Below the pieces are notes generated by a model. The model was not told the origin of the DNA. It made no database searches and was given only the letters and a program-made list of their open reading frames with translations. Source: Lactobacillaceae bacterium (GTDB taxonomy: Bacteria > Pseudomonadota > Alphaproteobacteria > RF32 > CAG-239). From it: a stretch of 64,000 nucleotides of DNA. The DNA is taken from positions 693,223 to 757,222 of the forward strand of contig JAISVX010000003.1 of assembly GCA_031271345.1 (NCBI GenBank). Reading direction: 5' to 3'. Below, in pieces: positions 48,829-58,864 of the stretch (position 1 is the first letter of the stretch; each line of letters opens with the position of its first letter). Made by a program: the position numbers and the translations under genes.

Positions 48829-49602
48829 TTACCTAATGTACTTGCGAGCTTCAATAAGATCTTCTTCAGTATCGACATCTGCCGGAGCATCTTGATTAAG
48901 TTTAAGATTCTCAACGATTTTTGCTCTGATGTACATGCCGTTTTCCAAAGCTCTCAACTGTTCCAGACTTTCGCGGGCTTCAAGAACGCCGACGGGAAGA
49001 GTAACTATCTTCGCCAAAGATTTCGCATTATAAACATAAATACCCAGGTGATGATATAAATCCTGGTTTTTAGTTTTTTCCGGGTTTCTTGTAAAAGGAG
49101 CAACCGCGCGGGTAAAATACAGACATCTGCCCTCAACTTCGCCGTCTCTCAAACCCATAACAATTTTGACATTCGCAGGGTTTTCAGACGCTTCCTTGGT
49201 TTTGAAAATCATGCCGCAGGTAGCAATATCACAGCCGGTTTCCTCAACTATTTCAATCAATTTATTATTAATCTCTGGATCAACGTTTAAGCTGTCGCCC
49301 TGAAAATTGACAACGATGTCATATTTCTCGCCTTTAGGGTCAATTTCTTTCAACGCCGCCGCAATACGGTCGGTTCCAGAAGGTAAGCTCGGGTCTGTAA
49401 GAATGGCTTTTGCGCCGAATTTCTCACATTCCTTAACAATTACTTCATCGCCGGCAGCAATATATATATCGCCTGGAACAACTTTTTTCACATTTTCGTA
49501 AACTCTCTGTACCAAAGTTTTTCCATTAATATCCAAAAGCGGTTTATTGGGTAATCTGGTTGACGCCATACGAACCGGTATCATAGTAACAACTTTTGCC
49601 AT
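48829..49602 (-). CDS. kdsB: 3-deoxy-manno-octulosonate cytidylyltransferase
   Basis: IPVRMASTRLPNKPLLDINGKTLVQRV and downstream KdsB motifs, ~257 aa. Confidence 0.85.
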   Translation of the reverse strand: MAKVVTMIPVRMASTRLPNKPLLDINGKTLVQRVYENVKKVVPGDIYIAAGDEVIVKECEKFGAKAILTDPSLPSGTDRIAAALKEIDPKGEKYDIVVNFQGDSLNVDPEINNKLIEIVEETGCDIATCGMIFKTKEASENPANVKIVMGLRDGEVEGRCLYFTRAVAPFTRNPEKTKNQDLYHHLGIYVYNAKSLAKIVTLPVGVLEARESLEQLRALENGMYIRAKIVENLKLNQDAPADVDTEEDLIEARKYIR

Positions 49603-49678
49603 TTTTCATTCCTTAAAAAGTTCTTGAGATTAATAAAACTATATAATATAACATCGCTTAAATAAAGGATTTTTAAAA

Positions 49679-50746
49679 ATGGACGTGGATATTTTTGATT
49701 TTGAGTTAGATCGCGGTTTGATTGCTACGGAGCCGGCAAGCCCTCGTGATAACTCCAGGCTTTTAGACCTATCGGTTGAAAATAAAATCTCCGATAGAAA
49801 GTTTTTTGAGCTTCCAGATCTGTTGGAAGAAGGCGATGTTTTGGTCTTTAACAATACCAAAGTTATTCCGGCAAAGCTTTACGGCGCAAAAGGAGAAGCC
49901 CAGATTGAAACTACTCTTTACCGCCCTGTCGACGGGATTAACTGGTGGGCTTTTATCAAAAACTCAAAACGCCTCCGCGAAGGAGATACCATTAGTTTCT
50001 ATACTAATGAAATATCCCCGGAACATTCTGACTTTTCTGCAAAAGTCGTGGAGAAAAAAGGCGAAGAAGGCGTCCTCTTAAAATTTGGCGTTGGCGCCGG
50101 AGATTTAGGCTCATATTTACAAAAATACGGCTCTATGCCGCTCCCTCCATACATCAAGAGAGATAAACTGGAAAACAGAAACGATACCGAAAACTACCAA
50201 ACCATATACGCAGAACATGAAGGCGCTGTAGCCGCTCCAACCGCGGGACTGCATTTTACAGAAGAAGTTATGAAAAGGCTTGATGAAAAAGGCATCAAAA
50301 AAACTTTTTTAACACTCCATGTCGGAGCAGGTACTTTTCTGCCTGTAAAAGTTCAAGATACCAAAGATCATAAAATGCATTCAGAATACGGCATTATTGC
50401 TCAGGATTCATGCGATATGATAAATAATGCGCGCAAATCAGGAAAAAGAATTGTCGCGGTCGGAACAACATCTTTAAGACTTCTTGAAAGCGCAACTGAT
50501 GAAAACGGTATAACTCATCCTTTTACAAATGATACCAGCATATTCATAACACCAGGATACAAATTTAAATCCATCGATATGATGATAACCAATTTCCATC
50601 TGCCAAAATCGACCCTGTTTATGCTTGTCTGCGCGGTTGCCGGCATAGATAAAATGAAAGAAGCATATCGGCACGCGATAAAAAACAAGTATCGTTTTTA
50701 TTCTTACGGCGACAGCTCCATCATCAAATGCGTAAATAAAATTTAA
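49679..50746 (+). CDS. queA: S-adenosylmethionine:tRNA ribosyltransferase-isomerase
   Basis: FDFELDRGLIATEPASPRDNSRLL..., PLPPYIKR, VAAPTAGLHFT, TTSLRLLES motifs. Confidence 0.9.
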   Translation: MDVDIFDFELDRGLIATEPASPRDNSRLLDLSVENKISDRKFFELPDLLEEGDVLVFNNTKVIPAKLYGAKGEAQIETTLYRPVDGINWWAFIKNSKRLREGDTISFYTNEISPEHSDFSAKVVEKKGEEGVLLKFGVGAGDLGSYLQKYGSMPLPPYIKRDKLENRNDTENYQTIYAEHEGAVAAPTAGLHFTEEVMKRLDEKGIKKTFLTLHVGAGTFLPVKVQDTKDHKMHSEYGIIAQDSCDMINNARKSGKRIVAVGTTSLRLLESATDENGITHPFTNDTSIFITPGYKFKSIDMMITNFHLPKSTLFMLVCAVAGIDKMKEAYRHAIKNKYRFYSYGDSSIIKCVNKI

Positions 50747-50754
50747 ACTATGTT

Positions 50755-51960
50755 TTGATACAATTGCCCACTAAGGGGAAAACATTGTTGAAATTTTTTG
50801 AAAACTTTAGAAATACTTTGCCGCTGACAAAAAACGCTGTCTTGCCTGCTATCATTCTGGCTGTCAGTTTGGTCGGGTTTTATGCCGTTGAAAATATTCC
50901 GTGGTCGACACAGCTCAGTCTGCACGCGGCGTTTTATATTTTTATCTTCTCAAGCCTGTGCATTTTGATATATTTTAACAAAACAAAACCCGTAATGTTT
51001 ATATCCTTCATTCTTCTGAGCTATATTATATGCAACTTTTTGAAAAAAGAAAACGGTTCGGATTATATCAGCTCTCCTTATTATATAAATTTATGCGTGC
51101 TTGTTCCGTTTAATCTCATTATATTTTATTTTCTTCCGCAAAGAAAACTGTTTACCCGCGAAAATTTATTAATCCTGCTAATAGTGTTTTTCGAACTAAG
51201 CTTATATGAGAACTTATCTTCAAACGACATACTTATCGGATACAGTCTTTTATCTCAAAGCTACGCGGACATAAACCGGCTTGGACTGCTGATGTTTATA
51301 ATCGGAACAATAATCATTCTGCTGGACGCCTCCATAAACGGCAGAATACTCAGATCTTATCTCTTATTTGCTTATGTTGAAATAATGTTTGGATTTATTT
51401 ACTCTGAAAACTCAACGGCGCTAACTGTTTTTTATTCCGCAGCAACTCTGACAATTTTTATCGGTCTGTGCCATGATACTTATTACGAAACCTATAAAGA
51501 TGTTTTAACCTCGCTGGCGAACAGAAAATCTTATGTAATACAATCAAGCGCTTTTCCGTTAAAATACAGCGTGGCAATAATTTGTATTGACGATTACGAA
51601 AGACTGAACAAAGGTTTTAGCGCATCAGAACTAAATTCGCTGATAAAAATGGCGGCAAACAAAATTATCGAGTTTGAAAAAGACAATCCTGTTTATCGAT
51701 ATGACAAAGATTTATTCATTATCATCTTTAAAAACGAAGATAAAAATGACAGCTTTAAAAGGGTGGAAGAAATAAGGCGCGCAATCGCCGGATCCGAGTT
51801 TGTCCTAGGCAGGCGCAAGAAGCCTGTAAAACTTACCGTTTCCGGAAGCATTGCCGACAAAAAGCGCAGCGACGCAAGCTCTCACGAAGTTTTAATCAGA
51901 GCCAGAAAAGTTTTAGAAAAAACCAACAAATTTACCCAAAACATAACTACTCGGGTTTAG
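50755..51960 (+). CDS. polytopic membrane protein with degenerate (likely non-catalytic) GGDEF domain
   Basis: ~8 TM N-terminus; C-terminal domain aligns to GGDEF (DVLTSLANRKSYV...IICIDDYERLN...) but active-site GG(D/E)EF replaced by YDKDLF. Confidence 0.55.
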   Translation: MIQLPTKGKTLLKFFENFRNTLPLTKNAVLPAIILAVSLVGFYAVENIPWSTQLSLHAAFYIFIFSSLCILIYFNKTKPVMFISFILLSYIICNFLKKENGSDYISSPYYINLCVLVPFNLIIFYFLPQRKLFTRENLLILLIVFFELSLYENLSSNDILIGYSLLSQSYADINRLGLLMFIIGTIIILLDASINGRILRSYLLFAYVEIMFGFIYSENSTALTVFYSAATLTIFIGLCHDTYYETYKDVLTSLANRKSYVIQSSAFPLKYSVAIICIDDYERLNKGFSASELNSLIKMAANKIIEFEKDNPVYRYDKDLFIIIFKNEDKNDSFKRVEEIRRAIAGSEFVLGRRKKPVKLTVSGSIADKKRSDASSHEVLIRARKVLEKTNKFTQNITTRV

Positions 51961-52750
51961 TTTTAAAAGATTTATATATCGCCCAAATTCCCGCCAAAAT
52001 CAATGGCACAGACAAAAGCTGACCCATGGTCATAGAACCAAGCACAAAACCGATGTGAGCGTCCGGCTCTCTATATTGTTCCACTATAACTCTAAACAGC
52101 GTATATAGGATGGCAAATGTCCCCGAGATAAATCCTGTCTTTTCTCTTGTCCATTTTATATTCCACAAAATGTTAAGAATTAAAAACATGACAACGCCTT
52201 CCAGCATCGCTTCATATAACTGCGACGGATGTCTTGGCAAATATCCTCCATTAGGAAATCTAACCGCCCAGGGAACCGTTGTCACCCTTCCCCACAGCTC
52301 GTCATTTATAAAATTGGTCAGTCTGCCCAAAAACAACCCGATTGGCGCGAAAGGAGCAATTATGTCCATAATTTTCAAAAACGGATACTTAATTTTATAA
52401 GAATACCACAAAACCGCAAAAATAACGCCGGCAATACCCCCGTGAAAAGACATTCCGCCCTTCCACAACTGAAGAATCAATGCCGGGTTTTCCCAAAACG
52501 GATTTGGCTCGCCGCCATAAAACAAAACATATCCGAGCCTTCCGCCGGCAACCATTCCCATTGTCGCATAAAAAGCCAAATCGCTCAGGTTCTCATCTGT
52601 CAAACCCCAGTCATATTTCTTAACGTTTCTTTTTACCATAAACCATGCGAACAATATTCCCAACAGATAAGCCATTGAATACCATCTGACAGAAAAGAAG
52701 CCTATTGAAAAAATTTCGGGTGAAATATTGGGAAACGCCAATCCAATCAT
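51947..52750 (-). CDS. lgt: prolipoprotein diacylglyceryl transferase
   Basis: FSVRWYSMAYLLGILFAW..., conserved H/Y/G signature regions (GGRLGYVLFYG, HPSQLYEA). Confidence 0.85.
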   Translation of the reverse strand: MIGLAFPNISPEIFSIGFFSVRWYSMAYLLGILFAWFMVKRNVKKYDWGLTDENLSDLAFYATMGMVAGGRLGYVLFYGGEPNPFWENPALILQLWKGGMSFHGGIAGVIFAVLWYSYKIKYPFLKIMDIIAPFAPIGLFLGRLTNFINDELWGRVTTVPWAVRFPNGGYLPRHPSQLYEAMLEGVVMFLILNILWNIKWTREKTGFISGTFAILYTLFRVIVEQYREPDAHIGFVLGSMTMGQLLSVPLILAGIWAIYKSFKTKPE

Positions 52751-52986
52751 TTAATATATCCTATTTTTGCATTAATTTTGAGACAATTATATATAGATAA
52801 AAAAAATAATCCACATATAAAAATTTATAAAAAAATTCATTAAATTTTATCATTTTGTTTTTACACAATATTTTCAATATTTGCTTTATGAGAAAAAAAA
52901 TAAAGTGGAAAACTTTTTTAATGTTATTGTCTGATGACTCGAGACACTGCTATGTTGTTCTATGAATGAACTAATGGAGAATTTTA

Positions 52987-53481
52987 ATGAGCCTGGCATC
53001 TTATGCCGTCAAATATAATCCGATTGATATGGTTGAAAGCATTTTCAACGATAGGTCTTTTGAGCTTGAAAGAAGAGGCATAAACGAAGTTGCCGTTGAG
53101 GTTCAGGGCAAATGGAACAACCTGCTGCTATTCTTTGCCTGGGAAGAAAACATTAAATGTCTGCATATATCCTGCATTCTAGATATTGAAAACGTCTCTG
53201 ACAGCAACTCAAAAGTTTTTGAGCTTTTGGCTTTGGTCAACGAAGATTTGTGGCTCGGGCATTTTTCCTATTGGAAAGAACAGAATCTTCCGGTCTTCAA
53301 ACATTCTATGCTATTGGACAACAATGAAGACATATCACCCGAAAAACTTTCTCAAATTATCAATATCGCGATAAAAGAATGCGAGAGAATGCACCCGATT
53401 TTCAAAGCGGTTCTAACCAAAGGCGTTGAGCCGGAGCAGGCTTTATATCCGATTACTTTTGCCACAATCGGTCAGGCATAA
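52987..53481 (+). CDS. YbjN-domain protein (T3SS-chaperone-like fold, putative sensory transduction regulator family)
   Basis: Duplicated YbjN-like halves (KWNNLLLFFAWEEN...LHISCIL; DLWLGHFSYWKEQNLPVFKHSMLL). Confidence 0.5.
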   Translation: MSLASYAVKYNPIDMVESIFNDRSFELERRGINEVAVEVQGKWNNLLLFFAWEENIKCLHISCILDIENVSDSNSKVFELLALVNEDLWLGHFSYWKEQNLPVFKHSMLLDNNEDISPEKLSQIINIAIKECERMHPIFKAVLTKGVEPEQALYPITFATIGQA

Positions 53482-53485
53482 AATT

Positions 53486-54445
53486 TTATTTTCTGATTGT
53501 GCTTATCCACTCGCTGACTTTTTTTCTATGACTGTCATAATTTTCAGAAAACTGGTGTCCGCCTTTGCCATCGGCAACAAAATATAAGAAATCCGTATCT
53601 TCATAATTCAACGCCGCTTCTATTGAATCCGCGCTGACATTGCAAATCGGCGTTGGAGGAAGCCCTTTGTGCTTATAAGTATTATACGGGCTGTCCATTT
53701 GCAAATCCGCTTTCTTTAAGCTTCTTCCCAGAAAACCTTTTCCCTCGGTTAGAGCATATATAACCGTAGGGTCTGTCTGCAGCAGCATTCCTATCCGCAG
53801 GCGGTTAATAAAAACAGACGCAACCAAGCCTCTTTCTTCTGGTATCGAAGTTTCTTTTTCAATAATCGAAGCCAAAATCAATGCCTGATATTTATCTTCC
53901 AACAAAGTTTCTTTTCTTTTTTCCCAAGCCTCGTTCAACACTCTCGTCAGGGCGTCTCTGGCTTGGATTACCACGCTGTCTCTGCTGTCGTCTTTGGAAA
54001 ACGTATAAGTTTCGGCAAGCATTTCGCCTTCTTTGACATCAACGGTTATTTCGCCGGTTAAATTTTCTTCCATATCAATTATGGAAAAAAACTGCTGGGT
54101 TGTCAGACCTTCTGGAAGGGTAATCCTGTGATAAAAGACATCTCCTTTTTCCAGTTTTTCAAGGATTTCGACAATCGAAATATTGGCGGGAAAATAATAT
54201 TCGCCCGCGCGGAGTTTTCTGTCTGCTTTTTTGATTCTTGCCGCAAGCTCTAAAAGCCATGCCTTATCTATCATACCTATGGCTTCCATATCTTTCGCCA
54301 CAGCTCTTACGGTCGAACCCCGCGATATAGATATTGTTGCGGCTTCATATAACGGTCCGGCTTTATTTGCCCAGTAAAAAACTGTGGAAATTGCGGCTAT
54401 TATAATTATAAAGGCTAAAAGTGATGCAAAAAATATTTTTTTCAT
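53486..54445 (-). CDS. mltG: endolytic murein transglycosylase MltG (YceG-like)
   Basis: N-terminal TM, LysM-like insert, catalytic E region (IIEKETSIPEERGLVASVFINRL) and YNTY motif. Confidence 0.8.
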   Translation of the reverse strand: MKKIFFASLLAFIIIIAAISTVFYWANKAGPLYEAATISISRGSTVRAVAKDMEAIGMIDKAWLLELAARIKKADRKLRAGEYYFPANISIVEILEKLEKGDVFYHRITLPEGLTTQQFFSIIDMEENLTGEITVDVKEGEMLAETYTFSKDDSRDSVVIQARDALTRVLNEAWEKRKETLLEDKYQALILASIIEKETSIPEERGLVASVFINRLRIGMLLQTDPTVIYALTEGKGFLGRSLKKADLQMDSPYNTYKHKGLPPTPICNVSADSIEAALNYEDTDFLYFVADGKGGHQFSENYDSHRKKVSEWISTIRK

Positions 54446-54466
54446 AGCTCTCTGCTCAAAAGATTT

Positions 54467-54488
54467 AAAGGGGCTTAAAAGCCCCTTT
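54467..54488 (-). other. stable hairpin between fabF and mltG (possible intra-operon attenuator/processing site)
   Basis: AAAGGGGC-ttaaaa-GCCCCTTT 8-bp GC-rich stem in the 45-nt fabF-mltG spacer; downstream T-run on minus strand interrupted. Confidence 0.3.
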
Positions 54489-54490
54489 TA

Positions 54491-55768
54491 TTATCCTTTA
54501 TATTTCTTAAATATTACTGACGAGTTTGTTCCGCCAAAGCCAAATGAGTTCGACATAACCGCCTTCAACTCTTTTTTCTTCGCCTTTAACGGCACCAAAT
54601 CAAGACCGGCAAACTCTTCATCAGGGTTTTCCAGATTCAGCGTCGGAGGACATGTGTCTTCATTCAAAGCTTTAATTGAATAAATCGCCTCAACTGCACC
54701 GGCCGCTCCCAACAAGTGTCCAATTGCAGATTTTGTAGATGAAATTGACACTTTTCCAGCATTCTCGCTAAACAACCTTTTTACAGCCGCAATTTCTTGC
54801 GGATCGCCGACTGGAGTAGATGTTCCATGCGCGTTAATATAGCCAATATCGGTCAGCTCAACGCCATGATCATTTTTGGCGTGACCTACAGCCATTTTCA
54901 TCGCTCTGTATGCCCCATCACCATCCGAAGAAGGCGCTGTAATATGATAAGCGTCTCCGCTCATACCATAGCCGACAACTTCGGCATAGATTTTTGCTCC
55001 GCGGGCTTTCGCGTGTTCCAATTCTTCCAAAACCACCGCTCCGGCTCCCTCGCCCATCACAAAACCGCTGCGGTCTTTATCCCACGGACGAGATGCCTTT
55101 TCTGGAGTTTCGTTAAAATCTGTCGTCAATGCGCGCAATCTTGAGAAACCAACCAATCCAAGCGATGTAATAGCAGCTTCCGCTCCGCCCGCAAGCATAA
55201 CGTCGGCATCCCCGCGGGAAATTATCGCCGCCGCGTCGCCGATTGCGTGAGTGCCTGTTGAACAAGCTGTAACACAGGCGTGGTTTGGACCTTTATATCC
55301 ATACTCAATTGAAAGATGCCCGGAAATAAGATTAATCAAAGACGCGGGAATAAAGAAAGGAGATATTTTACGGCTTCCTGTTTCATGAAAAAGAATTGAG
55401 TTTTCATAAATTGTCTGCAAACCGCCGATACCCGAACCCATCATAACGCCCGAACGGTCTTTGTCTTCCTCCGCTTCCGGCTTCCAGCCGGAATCTTCAA
55501 CAGCGTCTTTGCCAGCGGCAATACCAAATAAGATAAATTTATCAACTCTCTTTTGTTCTTTTGGCTCAATCACGGTATCCGGGTCAAACTCGCCATCGCC
55601 CTGACCATATCTAATTTGCCCGCCGATTGAAACAGGTATATCCTTAAGCTCAATGCCTTCAAGTTTTTTGATACCTGATTTGCCATTAACAATTTTGTTC
55701 CAATTGTTTTCAATTCCTCTTCCGAGAGGAGAAACAATACCCATCCCTGTTACAACAACTCTTCTCAT
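54491..55768 (-). CDS. fabF: beta-ketoacyl-ACP synthase II
   Basis: Active-site Cys (ACSTG), HGTSTPVGD and SNSFGFGGTN motifs. Confidence 0.9.
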   Translation of the reverse strand: MRRVVVTGMGIVSPLGRGIENNWNKIVNGKSGIKKLEGIELKDIPVSIGGQIRYGQGDGEFDPDTVIEPKEQKRVDKFILFGIAAGKDAVEDSGWKPEAEEDKDRSGVMMGSGIGGLQTIYENSILFHETGSRKISPFFIPASLINLISGHLSIEYGYKGPNHACVTACSTGTHAIGDAAAIISRGDADVMLAGGAEAAITSLGLVGFSRLRALTTDFNETPEKASRPWDKDRSGFVMGEGAGAVVLEELEHAKARGAKIYAEVVGYGMSGDAYHITAPSSDGDGAYRAMKMAVGHAKNDHGVELTDIGYINAHGTSTPVGDPQEIAAVKRLFSENAGKVSISSTKSAIGHLLGAAGAVEAIYSIKALNEDTCPPTLNLENPDEEFAGLDLVPLKAKKKELKAVMSNSFGFGGTNSSVIFKKYKG

Positions 55769-55871
55769 TAATTTACCTCGTTTATATTATTAAAATATTG
55801 AATAAACAATATGAAAAAACTCGCCATAAGTTAAGTCAAGCGAGTTTCATCAAATAACCACTATCTAAAAA

Positions 55872-56105
55872 TTAAGCGTTTTTAGCAAGATAATCGATAG
55901 CGTCTTTAACTGTAAGAATTTTCTCAGCAGCTTCGTCTGGAATTTCCACGCCGAACTCTTCTTCAAAAGCCATAACCAACTCAACAGTGTCTAAGCTGTC
56001 TGCGCCTAGATCGTCAATGAAACTAGCATTTTCTGTAACTTTTGATTCTTCAACGCCAAGGTGTTCTGCAACAATTTTCTTAACGCGATTAGCTGTATCA
56101 GTCAT
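55872..56105 (-). CDS. acpP: acyl carrier protein
   Basis: [20 protein letters not shown] with phosphopantetheine Ser. Confidence 0.9.
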   Translation of the reverse strand: MTDTANRVKKIVAEHLGVEESKVTENASFIDDLGADSLDTVELVMAFEEEFGVEIPDEAAEKILTVKDAIDYLAKNA

Positions 56106-56439
56106 ACGATAAACCTCTTTAAATTAAAATAAACCAATCGGCTCTTGTCGAACCGTGATTGACTAGTTATCACAGTTTTATATAATTTGACAAGTATTAT
56201 TTTAATAATTGGTGCATAAGATTATGCCTGGCAAGCAAAAAAACCAGAAAAATCCTATGTTTTGAGCCACTCAAAAATTTTCAAAAAAAACCACAAAAAA
56301 GCCATGAATTAAAAAAAATCACTACATGTTTTCACATAAAATTAACATTCAATAACTTTTATTAGCATTGACAAATATATCAGATGGAAATACTCTAAAA
56401 GAGGTGCATGAAACAAGCTAGAGCATAAGGTAGAGAAAA

Positions 56440-56757
56440 ATGAAAAAATTAATTTATATTGTACTAATTGTAATACTTCTTGTGTTAATAGGAAAATATG
56501 TAAAAGAAAAGAGCAACGAAATTACGCCGGAACCTGTAACTGTCGTTGAAGAAGACAGCTTCAGCTACGACATTGTAGACCCGGTAACAGGCGAAGTTAT
56601 CGGAACATCAGAAGGCAACATCGTAACTACAACGACGTATGATTACGACAACGCCGACGGCATGATTATGGAAAATGATGAATATGTCGAAGAAGAAATC
56701 ATTGAAGAAAATCCCGAGATGACCCAGTTTGACGATGAAACAATAGTTGCTGAATAA
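56440..56757 (+). CDS. small membrane-anchored, highly acidic hypothetical protein
   Basis: N-terminal TM (LIYIVLIVILLVLIG) then D/E/T-rich tail; no motif. Confidence 0.35.
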   Translation: MKKLIYIVLIVILLVLIGKYVKEKSNEITPEPVTVVEEDSFSYDIVDPVTGEVIGTSEGNIVTTTTYDYDNADGMIMENDEYVEEEIIEENPEMTQFDDETIVAE

Positions 56758-56861
56758 TTTCGAAATATTTATTGATAAAAAGCTATTCCACCCGAAGAAT
56801 AGCTTTTTTCATTTTTAACATTATATTTACATAATAAGAAAGAACAAAACGAGGAAAAAAA

Positions 56862-57767
56862 ATGAAAATAGGTATAATCGGCGCGGGAAACGTTGGAAGC
56901 ACTATCGCATACACTCTCGTTATAAACAATATTGCGAGCGAAATAGTTTTGGTTGATACCAACACCGCAAAAGCAAAAGCGGAAGCCAATGATATAATGC
57001 ACGCAACCCCCGTATCGCACAATGTAAAGATAAATGACGGAGATTATGAAGATATAAAAGGCGCGGGCATAGTAATAATAACTGCCGGCTCAAGACGTAA
57101 GCCCGGTCAGACAAGAACCGACCTTTTGGAAATAAATACTAAAATATTTGCAAGCATTGTCCCTGAAATAGTTAAATATGCCCCTGAAAGTATAATAATC
57201 ATCGCGTCAAACCCCGTTGATGTTATGGCTCACATTACGCTAAAACTTTCTGGTTTTCCACCAAACCGCATTATCGCCAGCGGAACCATTTTAGACACAG
57301 CCCGCCTCCAGTCTATTTTAAGCAGACATTTAGCAATATCCCCCAAATATATAAACGCTTATGTTTTAGGCGAACACGGCGACAGCCAGACGCTTATCTG
57401 GTCTGGGTTAAAAAACGGCAAAATTACCAAAAAACTGATGGAAGACATAGATAATGAAGTTCGTTACGGCGGCAAAAAAATAATAGAAGGAAAAGGCGCG
57501 ACATTTTACGGCATCGGATGTTGTGTTGCCAGACTCTGTCAGGCGATAATAAATGATGAAAACGCCGTATTTACGGTATCAAGCCACCGCAGCGAAGCCG
57601 AAGGAATAAAGGATGTTTTCGCTTCATACCCTACAGTCATTAATAAAAATGGAATTGGAAAGATTCTTAAGCCAGAAATCTCTAATGAAGAAAAACAACT
57701 TTTAATAAAAAGTATTGAGGCTGTAAAAGCTAATACAAAAACCGCCCTTGCCGCAATCAATAAATAA
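56862..57767 (+). CDS. mdh: LDH-like malate dehydrogenase (LDH/MDH family; Arg at substrate-specificity position)
   Basis: KIGIIGAGNVGST Rossmann, catalytic H (GEHGDS), specificity loop AGSRRKPGQTRTDL has Arg where LDHs have Gln. Confidence 0.65.
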   Translation: MKIGIIGAGNVGSTIAYTLVINNIASEIVLVDTNTAKAKAEANDIMHATPVSHNVKINDGDYEDIKGAGIVIITAGSRRKPGQTRTDLLEINTKIFASIVPEIVKYAPESIIIIASNPVDVMAHITLKLSGFPPNRIIASGTILDTARLQSILSRHLAISPKYINAYVLGEHGDSQTLIWSGLKNGKITKKLMEDIDNEVRYGGKKIIEGKGATFYGIGCCVARLCQAIINDENAVFTVSSHRSEAEGIKDVFASYPTVINKNGIGKILKPEISNEEKQLLIKSIEAVKANTKTALAAINK

Positions 57768-57826
57768 TTGTTTGATTTTATAAATAATTTACCATATATT
57801 TACGACCTAAACGGAGGGTCATTCTT

Positions 57827-58864
57827 TTGGTAAATGTTGTTACGCTTGGCTGCAGAATAAACACTTTTGAATCTGAAATTCTAAAAGAAAAGTTATTAAA
57901 TATTGATAACTTAATAATTGTTAATACCTGCGCGGTAACAGGCGAAGCCGAAAGACAGTGCAGGCAGACCATCAGAAAACTGCGCAAAGAAAATCCTGAC
58001 GCAAAAATTGTTGTAACAGGCTGCGCGGCGCAGATAGCTCCGAAAAAATTTGAAAGTATGGAAGAAGTAGATTTAGTTTTAGGAAACAAAGAAAAAGCTG
58101 AAATCGAAAAATATATATCGCAAGACATAACCGAAAAAACCATTGTCGGAGATATTTTCTCTTATGACGACTACGACAAATATCTCATCACCTCTTTTGA
58201 AGGACGAAACAAAGCCTTTGTACAGGTGCAGCAAGGCTGCGACCACAGATGCACATACTGCATCGTTCCTTATGCGAGAGGCAGTAACCGCTCTGTCCCA
58301 AAAGAAGAGATAATTAAACAGATTAAAGAGCTTTTATCCAACGGATATGATGAAATATGCTTAACAGGTGTAGACATTTGCTCTTATAAACCTTCGCTGG
58401 GTGATTTAGTTGAAAACATCTTAACCGAAATCCCGCGGCTTCAAAGTTTACAGTTTGGCTCTTTGGACCCTGCGGCCATTGATAAAAAATTTATATCTTT
58501 AACAAATGACAAAAGAATACATCCTCATTTTCATCTATCCGTTCAGGCTGGAGATAATCTGGTCCTCAAAAGAATGAAAAGACGCCACACAAGAGAAGAT
58601 GTTATAAATCTATGCAAAAACATTCGCAAAATTAGACCAGACGCAACTTTTGGTTCCGATTTTATATGCGGGTTTCCAACCGAAACAAACGAAGCTTTTG
58701 CCAACACATTAAAACTTATAGATGAAGCCGGCATAGACAAACTGCATGTTTTCCCCTATTCTGAAAGGAAAGGAACTCCTGCGGCTTTAATGCCTCAGAT
58801 TCCAGTTGAAATTAGAAAACAAAGAGCTAAAACCTTAAGAGAAAAGAGAGACAGCGATGATTAG
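57827..58864 (+). CDS. MiaB-like tRNA methylthiotransferase (MtaB/RimO-type) lacking C-terminal TRAM domain
   Basis: MTTase N-terminal Cys triad (GCRIN, NTCAV, TGCAAQ), radical-SAM CDHRCTYC; only 345 aa. Confidence 0.7.
   Translation: MVNVVTLGCRINTFESEILKEKLLNIDNLIIVNTCAVTGEAERQCRQTIRKLRKENPDAKIVVTGCAAQIAPKKFESMEEVDLVLGNKEKAEIEKYISQDITEKTIVGDIFSYDDYDKYLITSFEGRNKAFVQVQQGCDHRCTYCIVPYARGSNRSVPKEEIIKQIKELLSNGYDEICLTGVDICSYKPSLGDLVENILTEIPRLQSLQFGSLDPAAIDKKFISLTNDKRIHPHFHLSVQAGDNLVLKRMKRRHTREDVINLCKNIRKIRPDATFGSDFICGFPTETNEAFANTLKLIDEAGIDKLHVFPYSERKGTPAALMPQIPVEIRKQRAKTLREKRDSDD

Noticed and set aside
56189-56217. TTGACA hexamers upstream of the 56440 ORF as sigma-70 promoter
   Set aside because: No convincing -10 element at 16-18 nt spacing; left as unannotated AT-rich upstream region.
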